Of a stretch of DNA of 64,000 nucleotides, positions 63,091 through 64,000 are shown one piece after another. The notes under the pieces are model-generated. The model searched no databases. It had not been told where the DNA came from and saw only the letters and a program-made list of their open reading frames with translations. Numbering within the stretch: position 1 is the stretch's first letter; each line of letters starts with the position of its first letter. Origin of the DNA: an uncultured delta proteobacterium (GTDB lineage Bacteria; Desulfobacterota; Desulfobacteria; Desulfobacterales; Desulfatirhabdiaceae); contig CAVPHN010000023.1 in the NCBI GenBank assembly GCA_963704205.1, positions 1 through 64,000 of the forward strand, written 5' to 3'. The position numbers were made by a program, and so were the translations under genes.

Positions 63091-64000
63091 TTACCCGGAC
63101 ACCCGCATTGTGTCGGTTTTGGGCAATTCACTCAGGTGTTTTGCAAGTGGATATCTTCTGCCGTATCCAAAGGCTTTGGAGGTGACTTTAAGTCCGGGAG
63201 CCGCCTGATTGCGTTTGTATTCGTTTCGATCGATCCGGGAAAGGATATCCCTGACCAGAGCCGGTTCAAATCCCATGCGGACGATTTCATCAAAAGTCTT
63301 GAGATCCTCGATGCTGGCCTTAAGGATGGCATCCAGCACTTCATAAGGCGGCAGATCGTCCTGATCGGTCTGGTCGGGTTTGAGTTCGGCCGATGGCGCT
63401 TTTTCCAGAATGCGCTCGGGGATGACGGGATCTTCGAGTATTGATATATCGGGCAAGGTCATACACCAGGGTCTTGGGAACATCGGATATCACCGCCAGG
63501 CCCCCGTTCATGTCGCCGTAGAGCGTACAGTAGCCGACAGCAAGCTCGGATTTGTTTCCGGTGGAAAGAACCAGGCTGCCGTTCATGTTTGAAAGGGCCA
63601 TCAGCAGGGTTCCCCGGATTCTGGCCTGAATATTCTGTTCGGCAATTCCCGGATCATCGGTCTTGAAGCCGGGGGACAAAACGGCTGTGAATTCCCTGAA
63701 AATGCCGTCGATGGGAATGGTGGAAAGTTCGATGTCAAGCCGCCGGCAGAGCTCAGCCGTATCCGCATAATTATCCGCCGAGGTGTAGGGCGATGGCATG
63801 AATACGGCCGAAACGTTTTCTCTGCCAAGGGCCATCTTGGCAATCACCAGGGTCAGCGCAGAGTCGATCCCGCCGCTCAGGCCAACGACTGCTCGGGAAA
63901 AGCCGCATTTATTCACATAATCCCGGGTGCCCGGTAACAAGTGCCTTTAACACCGATGCAGTACGGGATTCAGAAACAGGATGAATTTCCCGGTTGCCGG
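63091..64000 (-). CDS. nadE: NAD+ synthetase NadE (partial, runs off the window end; frameshift near 63460)
   Basis: PP-loop motif ([10 protein letters not shown]) in ORF 63341..63940. C-terminal part in ORF 63091..63483. The N-terminus lies beyond 64000. Confidence 0.75.

Overview
This 64-kb window is a chromosomal segment with about 50% GC and roughly 57 genes. Gene content (many acyl-CoA dehydrogenases, a TRAP transporter, a CooC-type ATPase, TetR regulators) suggests an anaerobic deltaproteobacterium/Desulfobacterota-like organism; this is a low-confidence guess. Recognisable housekeeping genes include minCDE, htpG, dnaK-grpE, cbpA, hpt, mnmG, hisD, prmA, nadE and a Tat-exported Fe/Mn SOD. 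There is also a KtrAB K+ uptake pair, a TRAP DctP, a phosphotransferase-ACAD-TetR module and a glycosyltransferase/phosphatase cluster. A higher-GC remnant island lies next to a tRNA(CAT) gene. 

The most unusual element is a gene of about 4.4 kb (10706..15080). It encodes a membrane-anchored SPFH/band-7 domain fused to two classic AAA+ modules and a C-terminal Lon-type (S16) Ser-Lys protease domain. It sits in a same-strand cluster with a TraB/GumN-family protein and an alpha/beta hydrolase, opposite an orphan CbbQ/NorQ-type MoxR ATPase. 

Other notable points are a fused GcvT-SHMT protein of 884 aa, a periplasmic binding protein immediately upstream of a hybrid histidine kinase, and an acidic-repeat zinc-ribbon/DUF3426 protein. 

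The sequence carries many frameshifts (around 30), mostly at homopolymer runs. They split essential genes (dnaK, grpE, mnmG, hisD, nadE), so most are probably sequencing errors. A few genes (a GT28-like gene, an acyl-CoA synthetase, a TPP enzyme) are hit so densely that genuine pseudogenisation is possible. No CRISPR array, rRNA or intact transposase was seen.
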